A stretch of DNA of 52,389 bases from the IMG/VR virus record IMGVR_UViG_3300037439_000020, positions 1 through 52,389 of that record. One strand, 5' to 3'. Made by a program: the position numbers and the translations under genes. The DNA is from a virus (lineage: Duplodnaviria; Caudoviricetes). The notes below the pieces were generated by a model. That model was not told the origin of the DNA, did not search any database, and was given only the letters and a program-made list of their open reading frames with translations. Each line of letters begins with the position of its first letter. Position 1 is the stretch's first letter. Below are positions 30,422 to 37,962 of the stretch, piece after piece.

Positions 30422-30566
30422 GTTTTTTCCTAACTTGCCTGTTAATTTCGTCTTGCTTCGCCTTTTCCTTTTGCTTACCGACGCTGCGACCCTTTACATA
30501 CAGGCCACCGACACCAAGCAACGCCGCAATAATACCCACAATCCAGCCGATTAGATCGCCGCTCAT
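30318..30566 (-). CDS. i-spanin (Rz-like)
   Basis: N-terminal TM helix followed by a charged coiled coil; directly after the putative endolysin. Confidence 0.75.
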   Translation of the reverse strand: MSGDLIGWIVGIIAALLGVGGLYVKGRSVGKQKEKAKQDEINRQVRKKHDDLVNKAKSIQDVVDGLSDSDAEQRLRDRYTRD

Positions 30567-31063
30567 AAGTTGACCGCGTAAGTGAAATGTTTCAACGCTT
30601 CGTTTACGTCCCCTTTACCTTCGACGGTATTATAATGATTTTTCCAGTATTGCGCCAATGCAAGCGGAGTATTTGCCGGCAACGGTGGCCGCGCTCGAAT
30701 GTATTTGATACGAGTCATTGCAATGGCGTAACTCATATTTCCAATCAAATCAGTTGACGGCGGTGGCTTTTCATCGCCAGGACTTCGGCCAAGGATTCGC
30801 AACACCTTCTGACGCAGTTCAAAGCGTCCCGGCAAAAACGTCTTCCAAAGGTCATCATGAGTGAACGGCTCCATTTGGCCGACGCCAAGCGCCGGACCGT
30901 TCGGCCGTTGAATGATAAACTTTAGAAGACTTTCTTTAAGGCACGTTCCTAGAACCAAATTAACGGCAATTTGATTTGTGATAATTGTCAAGTCATAACC
31001 AAGATAGTCAATGACTGGCATAACGACATGAAACTTAAATTGCCTTGGTTCAATTCCGTACAT
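30563..31063 (-). CDS. putative endolysin (lysozyme/transglycosylase-like fold)
   Basis: CLKES and ALGVGQM motifs resemble the catalytic Glu and GxxQ of lysozyme-like folds; directly upstream of the spanins; no other lysin candidate. Confidence 0.65.
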   Translation of the reverse strand: MYGIEPRQFKFHVVMPVIDYLGYDLTIITNQIAVNLVLGTCLKESLLKFIIQRPNGPALGVGQMEPFTHDDLWKTFLPGRFELRQKVLRILGRSPGDEKPPPSTDLIGNMSYAIAMTRIKYIRARPPLPANTPLALAQYWKNHYNTVEGKGDVNEALKHFTYAVNL

Positions 31064-31370
31064 TATTGTTCTTCTGTTTCGATTGGTATGGAGTGTAACC
31101 GGGTAACGGTCTATCCCAATCCGGTTTCGTTATCTTCCTTTGTAAGCTTCGTCTAACCTTTTCTTTAACAATGGTATCGCTTCCGTTAGCTAACAATTCT
31201 CTTGCCAACTTTACATTGCTAACTTTGTATCGCTTCATTTGCTTGTACAAATAGGTTCGATTTACACCAGCCAGCTTAGCAGCTTCAGAAACAACACAAT
31301 TACAATTAACCAGAAGGCGCATTATATAACGCCTTCTGGTTTCATCCTTATATTCTTTCCAAGTACGCAT
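31050..31370 (-). CDS. Fis-family helix-turn-helix protein
   Basis: RRYIMRLL...VSEAAKLAGVNRTYLYKQMKRY matches the Fis/NtrC C-terminal HTH pattern. Confidence 0.8.
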   Translation of the reverse strand: MRTWKEYKDETRRRYIMRLLVNCNCVVSEAAKLAGVNRTYLYKQMKRYKVSNVKLARELLANGSDTIVKEKVRRSLQRKITKPDWDRPLPGYTPYQSKQKNNNVRN

Positions 31371-31372
31371 AA

Positions 31373-32281
31373 CTAGCGAACGATTTTAGTAACTACGTTT
31401 GAATTGGCGCTTTCGCTGCCATTGGTGGTAAATGCGCGAACGGCAAAGAAATATGTTCCGGCCGGCAAGCCGCCAATGGTATGCGTTCGAACGTTGGCAA
31501 CTTGAACGGTACTAGTCAGAGCCGTTGCTGACTTACCATAGCTGATTCGATAACCAGCTAAGTTAGTCAACGTTGAATTGTCCGTGTTCTGCGTCGGTGG
31601 CGTCCAGCTTAATACCGCCGTTCCTGTCCCCGGTTGTGGTTCTGGGTCCGGGTCAGGATCGGGCGGATTCGGTACTGTCATTGGCGTCGTTGCACTAATT
31701 ATCGAAGTCCAACCGCTAAGATTCGTACCACTATTGCAATAGTCATTTTTTGACGCAGCAATTCGATAACGATACGTTGCGCCAGGAGTCAGCGAACCGT
31801 GAACCCGTGTCGTTCCATTGGGATAACAACTAAGCTGACTAAAGTTGGTACAAGTAGCGCCATTGCATCGATGAATCAAATATCGTTTAGCACCTTCAAC
31901 CGCTTGCCAATTCAAATTCACCGACGTTGTTGAAATCGGCAGCGCGGTAAAGTTCTTCGGCGTTTCGAACGTTGACGATGGCGGCGGTGACACCGTTCCT
32001 GGCTTGAACGTAAACTTAAACGACTTCACACTGTAGCAGTTATAAAAAGCTTCACCGCCAGTGCGTTTCGCACCTTCAGCAACACCAAGCGCTTCAGCAG
32101 CAACAATACATGCTTCGCGCGTCGAATGCCTTGCACCCTGCAAACGCCCGGCAACGTCACGAACTTCATGAAATTCGCTTGATGTGTGCGTTTCGGCCGA
32201 CTTGGCTTCAATAAAAGCTAAGCTACCGAAAAACACTACCGCTAACAGTAGTGACCAATGTTTTGAATCTTGCTTTGTCAC
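31373..32281 (-). CDS. secreted fibronectin type III domain protein
   Basis: Signal-peptide-like N-terminus; two Fn3 domains (LNWQ...LTPGATYRYRIAA and LSWTPP...TYFFAVRAF) joined by a PD/PE linker. Confidence 0.8.
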   Translation of the reverse strand: MTKQDSKHWSLLLAVVFFGSLAFIEAKSAETHTSSEFHEVRDVAGRLQGARHSTREACIVAAEALGVAEGAKRTGGEAFYNCYSVKSFKFTFKPGTVSPPPSSTFETPKNFTALPISTTSVNLNWQAVEGAKRYLIHRCNGATCTNFSQLSCYPNGTTRVHGSLTPGATYRYRIAASKNDYCNSGTNLSGWTSIISATTPMTVPNPPDPDPDPEPQPGTGTAVLSWTPPTQNTDNSTLTNLAGYRISYGKSATALTSTVQVANVRTHTIGGLPAGTYFFAVRAFTTNGSESANSNVVTKIVR

Positions 32282-32285
32282 TGTA

Positions 32286-32519
32286 TTATTTCCTGTAACG
32301 CGCCTTCAATTCGTTAATCTTGGCTTCGGCTTCCGCTTCTATACGCTCGAATTCATTTCGAGCCTGCACGCTAAACTGTTCATAATCAGAGCGCACCGCC
32401 GTCCAACGCTTCGAAATGCTAGCACCTTGCTTGTCGCTCCATGTTCGCGCTTTCGGCCAAAGTGCCGTCACAATAGCGCCAACAAGGAACGAAAAAACAG
32501 CAATGATAATTTCAAACAT
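32286..32519 (-). CDS. small single-pass membrane protein
   Basis: N-terminal hydrophobic helix followed by a coiled coil. Confidence 0.7.
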   Translation of the reverse strand: MFEIIIAVFSFLVGAIVTALWPKARTWSDKQGASISKRWTAVRSDYEQFSVQARNEFERIEAEAEAKINELKARYRK

Positions 32520-32524
32520 GCGAG

Positions 32525-32863
32525 TTACTCCGAAGACGCCGACTTATCGGCAGGTTTAAACAACGTAATCTTTTCGACTTCGCCAGTTGCAACCTTTTCG
32601 GCCATCTTGGTTTCAATCACAACCGACGCTTTATTTTGTTGAATCAATCGAGCCAATAGCGTCAGAAGAAATACAATTAACGTAACATAGCGTTGCCATT
32701 CAATCGGAACGAATGACTTGATATCCTCCGGTAGCATTTGCCAAGCCGTTACAGCCGCATCAGGAAACGCCAAAAAATACGCGTATAGCAACGTACCGAA
32801 TGCCGCGAATCGGACTGACCAAAGCCGCCAAGCTGATTGCCAATAAGGAATAAGCTGAATCAT
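32525..32863 (-). CDS. putative holin
   Basis: LIPYWQSAWRLWSVR, two TM helices, ARLIQQ and a charged tail; ATGA-coupled start. Confidence 0.65.
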   Translation of the reverse strand: MIQLIPYWQSAWRLWSVRFAAFGTLLYAYFLAFPDAAVTAWQMLPEDIKSFVPIEWQRYVTLIVFLLTLLARLIQQNKASVVIETKMAEKVATGEVEKITLFKPADKSASSE

Positions 32864-33345
32864 AAATCCTCGCACGACGGTATTGTGTAACGACTTTGAC
32901 GCAATTCGTTGTATTCGTCTTGCTTTCGATCAATCTCTTTTGTTAAGCGTTCGCGCTCTTGATAATTGCCTTGCGCGCCGCGCTCCTTACAACGCTTCGA
33001 CGCAAGCAATCTAATTTCACCAGCAACGCTATTAGCAAGCGATACGGCTAACCGTCGAGTATTTGTTTCTTGACTTGCTGTAACTGCTATGATTGCAGTT
33101 TCTAGTTTCTTTATATCAGCTTGAACCGGTTTTAACGCTTCATCAATTTGCGGCTTAATGGAGTCAGCACGCGCAAAACCGAGCGGCGACGCCGCCCATG
33201 CCGCTATTACCAAAAGCGTCATGACAGCAATAGCAATGTTGAAATGGTAATTAGCGACACGTATATGATACGCACGCATTTTGTCCGGTTCATCAGACTG
33301 CGGCAATGTCGGCGGACGCAATATGGTAAGTAGGCGCTCAAGCAT
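32860..33345 (-). CDS. membrane/exported protein heading the lysis cassette
   Basis: One hydrophobic segment, then a coiled coil with two Cys. Confidence 0.65.
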   Translation of the reverse strand: MLERLLTILRPPTLPQSDEPDKMRAYHIRVANYHFNIAIAVMTLLVIAAWAASPLGFARADSIKPQIDEALKPVQADIKKLETAIIAVTASQETNTRRLAVSLANSVAGEIRLLASKRCKERGAQGNYQERERLTKEIDRKQDEYNELRQSRYTIPSCEDL

Positions 33346-33380
33346 AACGCAGCAGGCTATCGCAGAAGCTCGTAGAACGC

Positions 33381-33414
33381 AAAACGGGCACCAAGGTTGC
33401 CCAAGGTGCCCGTT
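33381..33414 (-). terminator. intrinsic terminator
   Basis: AACGGGCACC/GGTGCCCGTT stem ending in a T-run on the - strand. Confidence 0.7.
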
Positions 33415-33416
33415 CC

Positions 33417-33527
33417 GGGACTCGCGTCCCTAGCGCCTTCAGCTTTGCGTATTCGGCATGTCTCGCCGGCTAGATGATCCGGCCGGCACCTGACTACCGC
33501 TTTCGGCTAAGCTAGGTCAATCGCGCT
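33417..33527 (-). ncRNA. candidate structured RNA (3' of gene 33542..34282)
   Basis: Nested complementary segments plus a GGGAC-GCGA-GUCCC GNRA hairpin before the terminator. Confidence 0.35.
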
Positions 33528-33541
33528 TGCACTGTTTCGGA

Positions 33542-34282
33542 TTACTGACCCCAAGCCTGACCCTGCGTCGGTGCCAGAGTCGAAGCCGCCGCCGGCTGAC
33601 TTGCCGCCTTCAACGCGGCGTCAACGTGCTCGTTCTTTGGCTCGACGCGCCAGACACGAGAACCCTTCACGCCATTTTCGGTAACGCTACGAACGATGAA
33701 CTGACGCGTGTAACGCCGTACCGGAACGTTTTCTTTCTTCCGGTTCAGCATAATCAGCGGCTGACCATTCGGACCGTTAACAACTTCGCTGAAGCGCGCA
33801 TTCGCACCACTAACCGTACTGGCCAGATTCTTCGCCGCCTTTTCGACAAAAAACGACTGACCCACCTTCACCAGCTTATCAAACGGATAAACGCTAGTGC
33901 CCGGACCACGTCCGCGCCCGGTAATAGCAGGGACGGGAACGTCATCCTGAATAACAAAATCTGAACCGCCGCCGTTACCTGCCAGCTGTTCGGCGCTGAC
34001 GGTGCCAACGTCGCCAGCGGTCAGTGTATCGGTGCCTGTCTGAGTCTGATTTGCAGAGTTATTCACGGTATCGATACCCTTCTGAGTTGCGCGGGTAGCG
34101 ATTCCACCTTGACCGTCGTTCATAGCGGTATTTTGCTCCACCATGCCATCAGCCAGAAGGGAAGCAACCGCCTCCGCATTGTGATAAACAAAAGAATTCT
34201 GCAAAGTCGCTGCAACGATTGCTTTCAGTAATTCATTCATCGCCGTTGCCGCCTTTGCCTTGCTCTTGCTCTTACTCGCCAT
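33542..34282 (-). CDS. putative DNA-binding protein (YPF..L..G.SF family)
   Basis: Own promoter and GAGG RBS, basic N-terminus, VYPFDKLVKVGQSFFV...GSRVWRVE. Function is inference. Confidence 0.65.
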   Translation of the reverse strand: MASKSKSKAKAATAMNELLKAIVAATLQNSFVYHNAEAVASLLADGMVEQNTAMNDGQGGIATRATQKGIDTVNNSANQTQTGTDTLTAGDVGTVSAEQLAGNGGGSDFVIQDDVPVPAITGRGRGPGTSVYPFDKLVKVGQSFFVEKAAKNLASTVSGANARFSEVVNGPNGQPLIMLNRKKENVPVRRYTRQFIVRSVTENGVKGSRVWRVEPKNEHVDAALKAASQPAAASTLAPTQGQAWGQ

Positions 34283-34335
34283 GTTGAAAACCTCATTTGA
34301 TTGAAAATTGAACAAACTTCGTTAGAACGTCGCCA

Positions 34336-34378
34336 ACTATACGCCGATAACTTAAGCCGTCAAGCAAGAATCGTCACA
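34336..34378 (-). promoter_or_regulatory. sigma70 promoter with CRP-like half-site
   Basis: On the - strand: TGTGA-CGATTC-TTGCT overlapping TTGACG-N16-TATAGT. Confidence 0.7.
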
Positions 34379-34901
34379 AAATTAAGCTGTATGTCAAATA
34401 TTCTTGAATCGTTATCGCCGCTTGATGCCAACCAAAGCACAGCCGCCACGCAAATCCCTGTTCTAATACAAAGTTACCAAATTGGTATTGATCCGATGAC
34501 AAGTCAGACAGCTTGCCGTCAGCGCGCTTCATTTCGATATACAAACCACTTAACGAAACACGATTATGTATTCGATTTTCGAAACCACGGGGAACATGAA
34601 AACTTTTCACCGGTAAGAAAACATCGGCAATACCCGCTTTAACGCCTTCAGCTTTTAACTGTGCGGCAGCAACTTTGTTGCCACGCGCTCCAGCATTAGG
34701 AATAGCGTGCAACCATTTCAAAACCGGCACCGGCTGAAAAGGAAAGGCAGGTTCAGCACCACGCACACCTGTTGAATAAGCGCGCATATCATTAGCAGCT
34801 TCAAAGCCAAGCTTCGCCGCCATATTCGCCCAAGCGAACAATGCCATTTGTTCGGCATGTTCGGTACCTGATTTCGCCAGTTGTTCAGGGTTTAAGCTCA
34901 T
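34374..34901 (-). CDS. VRR-NUC domain nuclease
   Basis: EHAEQ...HAIPNAG...EGVKAGIADVFL...LYIEMK...Q. Confidence 0.85.
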   Translation of the reverse strand: MSLNPEQLAKSGTEHAEQMALFAWANMAAKLGFEAANDMRAYSTGVRGAEPAFPFQPVPVLKWLHAIPNAGARGNKVAAAQLKAEGVKAGIADVFLPVKSFHVPRGFENRIHNRVSLSGLYIEMKRADGKLSDLSSDQYQFGNFVLEQGFAWRLCFGWHQAAITIQEYLTYSLIL

Positions 34902-35071
34902 TTACTTAGCACCACAAGAATTTTTACTTGCCCTGATGTTTCTATTTGTTCATTCCAACAATAAATATTATTAACATCATAAATCTTTTCACTAACTTTA
35001 ATACCAACTTTTATATCACCGTATTCAATTTGACGTTGAATTAGCTCTAGGATCATTTCGGATATTTTCAT
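34898..35071 (-). CDS. 57-aa hypothetical protein (MKISEMILELIQRQIEYGDI...)
   Basis: Not in the ORF track; ATGA overlaps with neighbours at both ends. Confidence 0.65.
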   Translation of the reverse strand: MKISEMILELIQRQIEYGDIKVGIKVSEKIYDVNNIYCWNEQIETSGQVKILVVLSK

Positions 35072-35265
35072 TCGGTTGACTCCCGTAATTTAAAAAGGTC
35101 TGGTTCGTTACGCATGATAAGCGCCAACGCTTCAAGCTGATTCGCAGTATATCGACCGTCAAGAACGATATATTGTTTTTCTTCTTCGGTGCCGCTCCAA
35201 GCTACGCTATAACGCATGTATTCGTTACAGCCGAGCATATGCGCTATCGCTTCTTCGCGAATCAC
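35068..35265 (-). CDS. hypothetical protein
   Basis: GTG 35265 with AAGGAG RBS and GTGA overlap with the upstream stop. Confidence 0.65.
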   Translation of the reverse strand: MIREEAIAHMLGCNEYMRYSVAWSGTEEEKQYIVLDGRYTANQLEALALIMRNEPDLFKLRESTE

Positions 35266-35498
35266 TTCAAACTCCTTATCAAGTCCATAGCTAAAATATA
35301 TTCTTTGGTTAACTCTTTTGTAAGTCCGTGCAAAGACTTTTTCAATTCCCAGAAATAGCGCCATTTGAATGACGCTTTCCATGCTTCGGCCCGCGCATGT
35401 TCATATGCAGAAACGGAACAAACAGATTCTTCAGGAACTGAAGCAATTGCTTGCCTTAGATTATCATATGTAACTTCGCCTTCAAATCGCGAGTTCAT
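35262..35498 (-). CDS. hypothetical protein
   Basis: ATGA-coupled chain of small genes. Confidence 0.65.
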   Translation of the reverse strand: MNSRFEGEVTYDNLRQAIASVPEESVCSVSAYEHARAEAWKASFKWRYFWELKKSLHGLTKELTKEYILAMDLIRSLK

Positions 35499-35695
35499 TT
35501 GACAACCTCCAATTCTTCGACATAGACGCCAGCGATTGAGAACGCCGCGCCAATCTCAAGTTGCCCACACTCAACCAAGTGAGCCAAGAGCCGGGCAATT
35601 TGTTCATGCGGTTCATCAGAATGGCGTTGTTGTAACGCTTGTTCAAGCGTCATTTCGCGTTCGAATCCGAACGTTTTGAATTTGACGCGCATCAA
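35495..35695 (-). CDS. hypothetical protein
   Basis: Coupled chain, AGGAGG RBS. Confidence 0.65.
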   Translation of the reverse strand: MMRVKFKTFGFEREMTLEQALQQRHSDEPHEQIARLLAHLVECGQLEIGAAFSIAGVYVEELEVVK

Positions 35696-35904
35696 TCCTC
35701 CTGAAGAACGTAAATAAAACCAGTATGTTCGCCGCCGTCCCTATAGCTTAAAAGCGCGTGTTGCATGTCAAGCCAATAGCTTTCACCGTCAGCGCGAATT
35801 GGTCCGCCGGCAAACTTAGTTGACGCCATGAACTCTTCAAGTCGAACGCCGTCAACCGTTGCAGGCTCGCGCGATACGATGACAAGAAAATGAGTGACGC
35901 GCAT
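35692..35904 (-). CDS. hypothetical protein
   Basis: Coupled chain. Confidence 0.65.
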   Translation of the reverse strand: MRVTHFLVIVSREPATVDGVRLEEFMASTKFAGGPIRADGESYWLDMQHALLSYRDGGEHTGFIYVLQED

Positions 35905-35905
35905 G

Positions 35906-36256
35906 CTAGTTATGCCTTATGCGACGCTTCAGCGACGTTGTTAACTCTTTCAATCGCTTTTGACTTACGCCCGGTTGACGTTGACCGGCGATACTCCAGC
36001 TAATCAAGTCGCTTGATGCGTCAACCTGCATTTCGGCCGGCTCGCGAATGTAAACGCGCTTATACCAATAGCAGTAGTCTGCGAACAAGGCAGCGCGGTA
36101 TTCCTCCTTATTTGTTAGTGTAGGCTTCGGAATCTTGATGCCATCATCAACCTTGATGTCGCTCACAGATTTTGTTCCTTTACGAATACCGCACCATAGG
36201 CAAACAGCAGGCTTAATATTCAACACCCAAGCGTGATTACACTTCGACGGATTCAT
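35906..36256 (-). CDS. hypothetical protein with N-terminal C-H..CxxC motif
   Basis: AGGAG RBS; CNHAW...CLWC. Confidence 0.7.
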   Translation of the reverse strand: MNPSKCNHAWVLNIKPAVCLWCGIRKGTKSVSDIKVDDGIKIPKPTLTNKEEYRAALFADYCYWYKRVYIREPAEMQVDASSDLISWSIAGQRQPGVSQKRLKELTTSLKRRIRHN

Positions 36257-36471
36257 CGGTTCAACTCCTGAACTGGTAGTTCAAACGAATGACCAAGGTC
36301 ACGCGTAGTTGACACAATAGCTGCTATGACACAACAGGCCAGCAATGCGCAACATATAAACATAGGTATCGTCATATGGCGAATAACGCCAATAGCCCGA
36401 CCAAGCACAATAAAGAACAGGCTAAAGATACATAAGAACGTCAGGAATATAAAAATAAGCGTGGCGTTCAT
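36253..36471 (-). CDS. small two-TM membrane protein
   Basis: Two hydrophobic helices; AAGGAG RBS; ATGA coupling. Confidence 0.7.
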   Translation of the reverse strand: MNATLIFIFLTFLCIFSLFFIVLGRAIGVIRHMTIPMFICCALLACCVIAAIVSTTRDLGHSFELPVQELNR

Positions 36472-36701
36472 GGTGTCGGCTCCTTATGCGTTTCGTCCCA
36501 TTGGGCGCGCTTCTGACGCCAAATTGATATTAGTTCTTCATATGCCACCATGACGAACACAACGCCAACAGCGACAGCAACAAACCAGCGAAAGCCGATA
36601 AAGTGATAAAACATTGTCACACTGACGACTAAAGCCAAGCCAATGATTATGCAATAGCCGAATATTCGTCCTATGCGTTCAGCGCGTCGGTATGGGTTCA
36701 T
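36468..36701 (-). CDS. small two-TM membrane protein
   Basis: ATG 36701 with GAGGAG RBS; two hydrophobic helices. Confidence 0.7.
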   Translation of the reverse strand: MNPYRRAERIGRIFGYCIIIGLALVVSVTMFYHFIGFRWFVAVAVGVVFVMVAYEELISIWRQKRAQWDETHKEPTP

Positions 36702-36802
36702 TTGCGCCGCTCCTCGCATTTATCGCAAAAACGATGAAAACAATTTTGGCACAACAAAATACTTTTGCTGTTACGAGTATAACCGCATTTGCAACATTTC
36801 AT
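36698..36802 (-). CDS. 34-aa Cys-rich mini zinc-finger-like peptide
   Basis: MKCCKCGYTRNSKSILLCQNCFHRFCDKCEERRK; AAGGAG RBS and ATGA overlaps at both ends. Confidence 0.65.
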   Translation of the reverse strand: MKCCKCGYTRNSKSILLCQNCFHRFCDKCEERRK

Positions 36803-37035
36803 TTACGCCGCTCCTTATAGCTTCGAATTAGCGTCAGCTTGCGCTTCAGCGCGTTAGGATGCGCTACCTTATTCGGAAAGCCCATTTCAATAGCTTCTTC
36901 GCGCTCTAACGCCTTAACGTCAGGATGCGCTAGCTTCGCTTGCTCGCACTCTAGCTTCTTCAGGAACGATGACTTTGGAGTCATGCGCTTAACCCGCTTG
37001 TCTAGCAGGAAGCCTTTCTTGGGAGTGTATGTCAT
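36799..37035 (-). CDS. basic hypothetical protein
   Basis: Coupled chain, AAGGA RBS. Confidence 0.65.
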   Translation of the reverse strand: MTYTPKKGFLLDKRVKRMTPKSSFLKKLECEQAKLAHPDVKALEREEAIEMGFPNKVAHPNALKRKLTLIRSYKERRK

Positions 37036-37235
37036 AGCAAATCCTTTAATTGAACGTTATTGGGGTCATTGAACAAATGCGGCTGGTCAAGCTTCAGTTT
37101 CAGCGCTCGAATAGTTGACGCTGCAACGCGCAAACGTTTTTGCAACACCGGCTTATCGGTACAATGGTTAGCGGCTTCGTCAAGATTCTGCGCTGTCGCT
37201 AACGCTTCGTCAACCAGTTCAATTAATCGATTCAT
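37032..37235 (-). CDS. hypothetical protein
   Basis: Coupled chain. Confidence 0.65.
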   Translation of the reverse strand: MNRLIELVDEALATAQNLDEAANHCTDKPVLQKRLRVAASTIRALKLKLDQPHLFNDPNNVQLKDLL

Positions 37236-37318
37236 GATAGTGCCGCCGTTGCAATTAGCATAACTAACGTCATGCCTACAGTAACGCCATACACCACACG
37301 AGTCAAGTTAACGCGCAT
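37232..37318 (-). CDS. 28-aa hydrophobic peptide MRVNLTRVVYGVTVGMTLVMLIATAALS
   Basis: GGAG RBS; ATGA coupling to the downstream gene. Confidence 0.55.
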   Translation of the reverse strand: MRVNLTRVVYGVTVGMTLVMLIATAALS

Positions 37319-37523
37319 TAGTGCGGCTCCGACTATAAACTTCCCAAAGGGTTTTAGGTTTCGGCTTCAACTTCAAAAGGTCGCGAAAGCCTTCAACCAT
37401 TTCTTCGGCGGCTTGCTCAATGGTAGCAACGTTGATGCTGCCAGCAACCGTCAAATAATACCCAGCGTCTGGCATCGCGCGGCCAGTCTTGCGGCGGGTT
37501 TTGTGTTTGATGATCCAAGACAT
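37308..37523 (-). CDS. hypothetical protein
   Basis: First gene after the CRP-box promoter at 37556-37598. Confidence 0.65.
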   Translation of the reverse strand: MSWIIKHKTRRKTGRAMPDAGYYLTVAGSINVATIEQAAEEMVEGFRDLLKLKPKPKTLWEVYSRSRTNAR

Positions 37524-37555
37524 AATAGCGTCCGTCCGTTTAGTTGTTAGACGCT

Positions 37556-37598
37556 ACTTTAAACTTCAACTTATAAGTTCACTGTGATTCAATTCACA
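37556..37598 (-). promoter_or_regulatory. class II-type CRP-box promoter
   Basis: Perfect TGTGA-N6-TCACA (37583-37598) centred at -41.5 if TAAAGT (37561-37556) is the -10 element. Confidence 0.7.
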
Positions 37599-37722
37599 GT
37601 TTTTCTAGTTCGTCTAATTTGTCATGCAACCTATGATTACGTTCGCCTTCTCGATACAACAAATAGAATTGCATCAAAATAATCGCCCATTGAATCAAAA
37701 TGATCGCTATTGCAAATTTCAT
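37594..37722 (-). CDS. 42-aa single-TM peptide (MKFAIAIILIQWAIILMQFYLLY...)
   Basis: Open frame, hydrophobic N-terminus and charged tail; stop lies within the CRP box. Confidence 0.55.
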   Translation of the reverse strand: MKFAIAIILIQWAIILMQFYLLYREGERNHRLHDKLDELEKL

Positions 37723-37747
37723 AAATACCCGTTTGCCGGATATAGAT

Positions 37748-37816
37748 TTACCCGACTTCCTCATCGTTACGCTTTGCCAGAAGAATCAAAATCAAATAAA
37801 CAATGTAAATCGACAT
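37748..37816 (-). CDS. 22-aa hydrophobic peptide MSIYIVYLILILLAKRNDEEVG
   Basis: AAGGA upstream; TM-like core. Confidence 0.45.
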   Translation of the reverse strand: MSIYIVYLILILLAKRNDEEVG

Positions 37817-37946
37817 AGCGGCCATTCCTTTTCGTCAGACCGCCGCATAACCCTATTGCGGCACCGCATATATTAATAATGCGATGCCGCTGGTTCGAAT
37901 ATTTTACACTAATTTAAGGGTAAGGTATTACCCTAATACCAAATAA

Positions 37947-37962
37947 TGTGACTTGGTTCACA
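37947..37962. promoter_or_regulatory. perfect CRP consensus site TGTGA-CTTGGT-TCACA
   Basis: Exact consensus at a gene boundary; candidate -10 TAAAAT at 37906-37901 on the - strand. Confidence 0.65.

Noticed and set aside
33432-33500. ACGCAAAGC (c-di-GMP-I riboswitch-like) and GTCAGGT (SRP-like) words on the - strand
   Set aside because: The flanking conserved elements of both families are missing or in the wrong order; kept only as an unclassified structured RNA candidate.
37032-37235. QPHLF near the C-terminus as a possible beta-clamp-binding motif
   Set aside because: A short degenerate match with no supporting context.
37892-37900. GGTTCGAAT, a tRNA T-loop-like word
   Set aside because: No T-stem complement, acceptor stem or cloverleaf. 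I found no tRNA in the window by eye.
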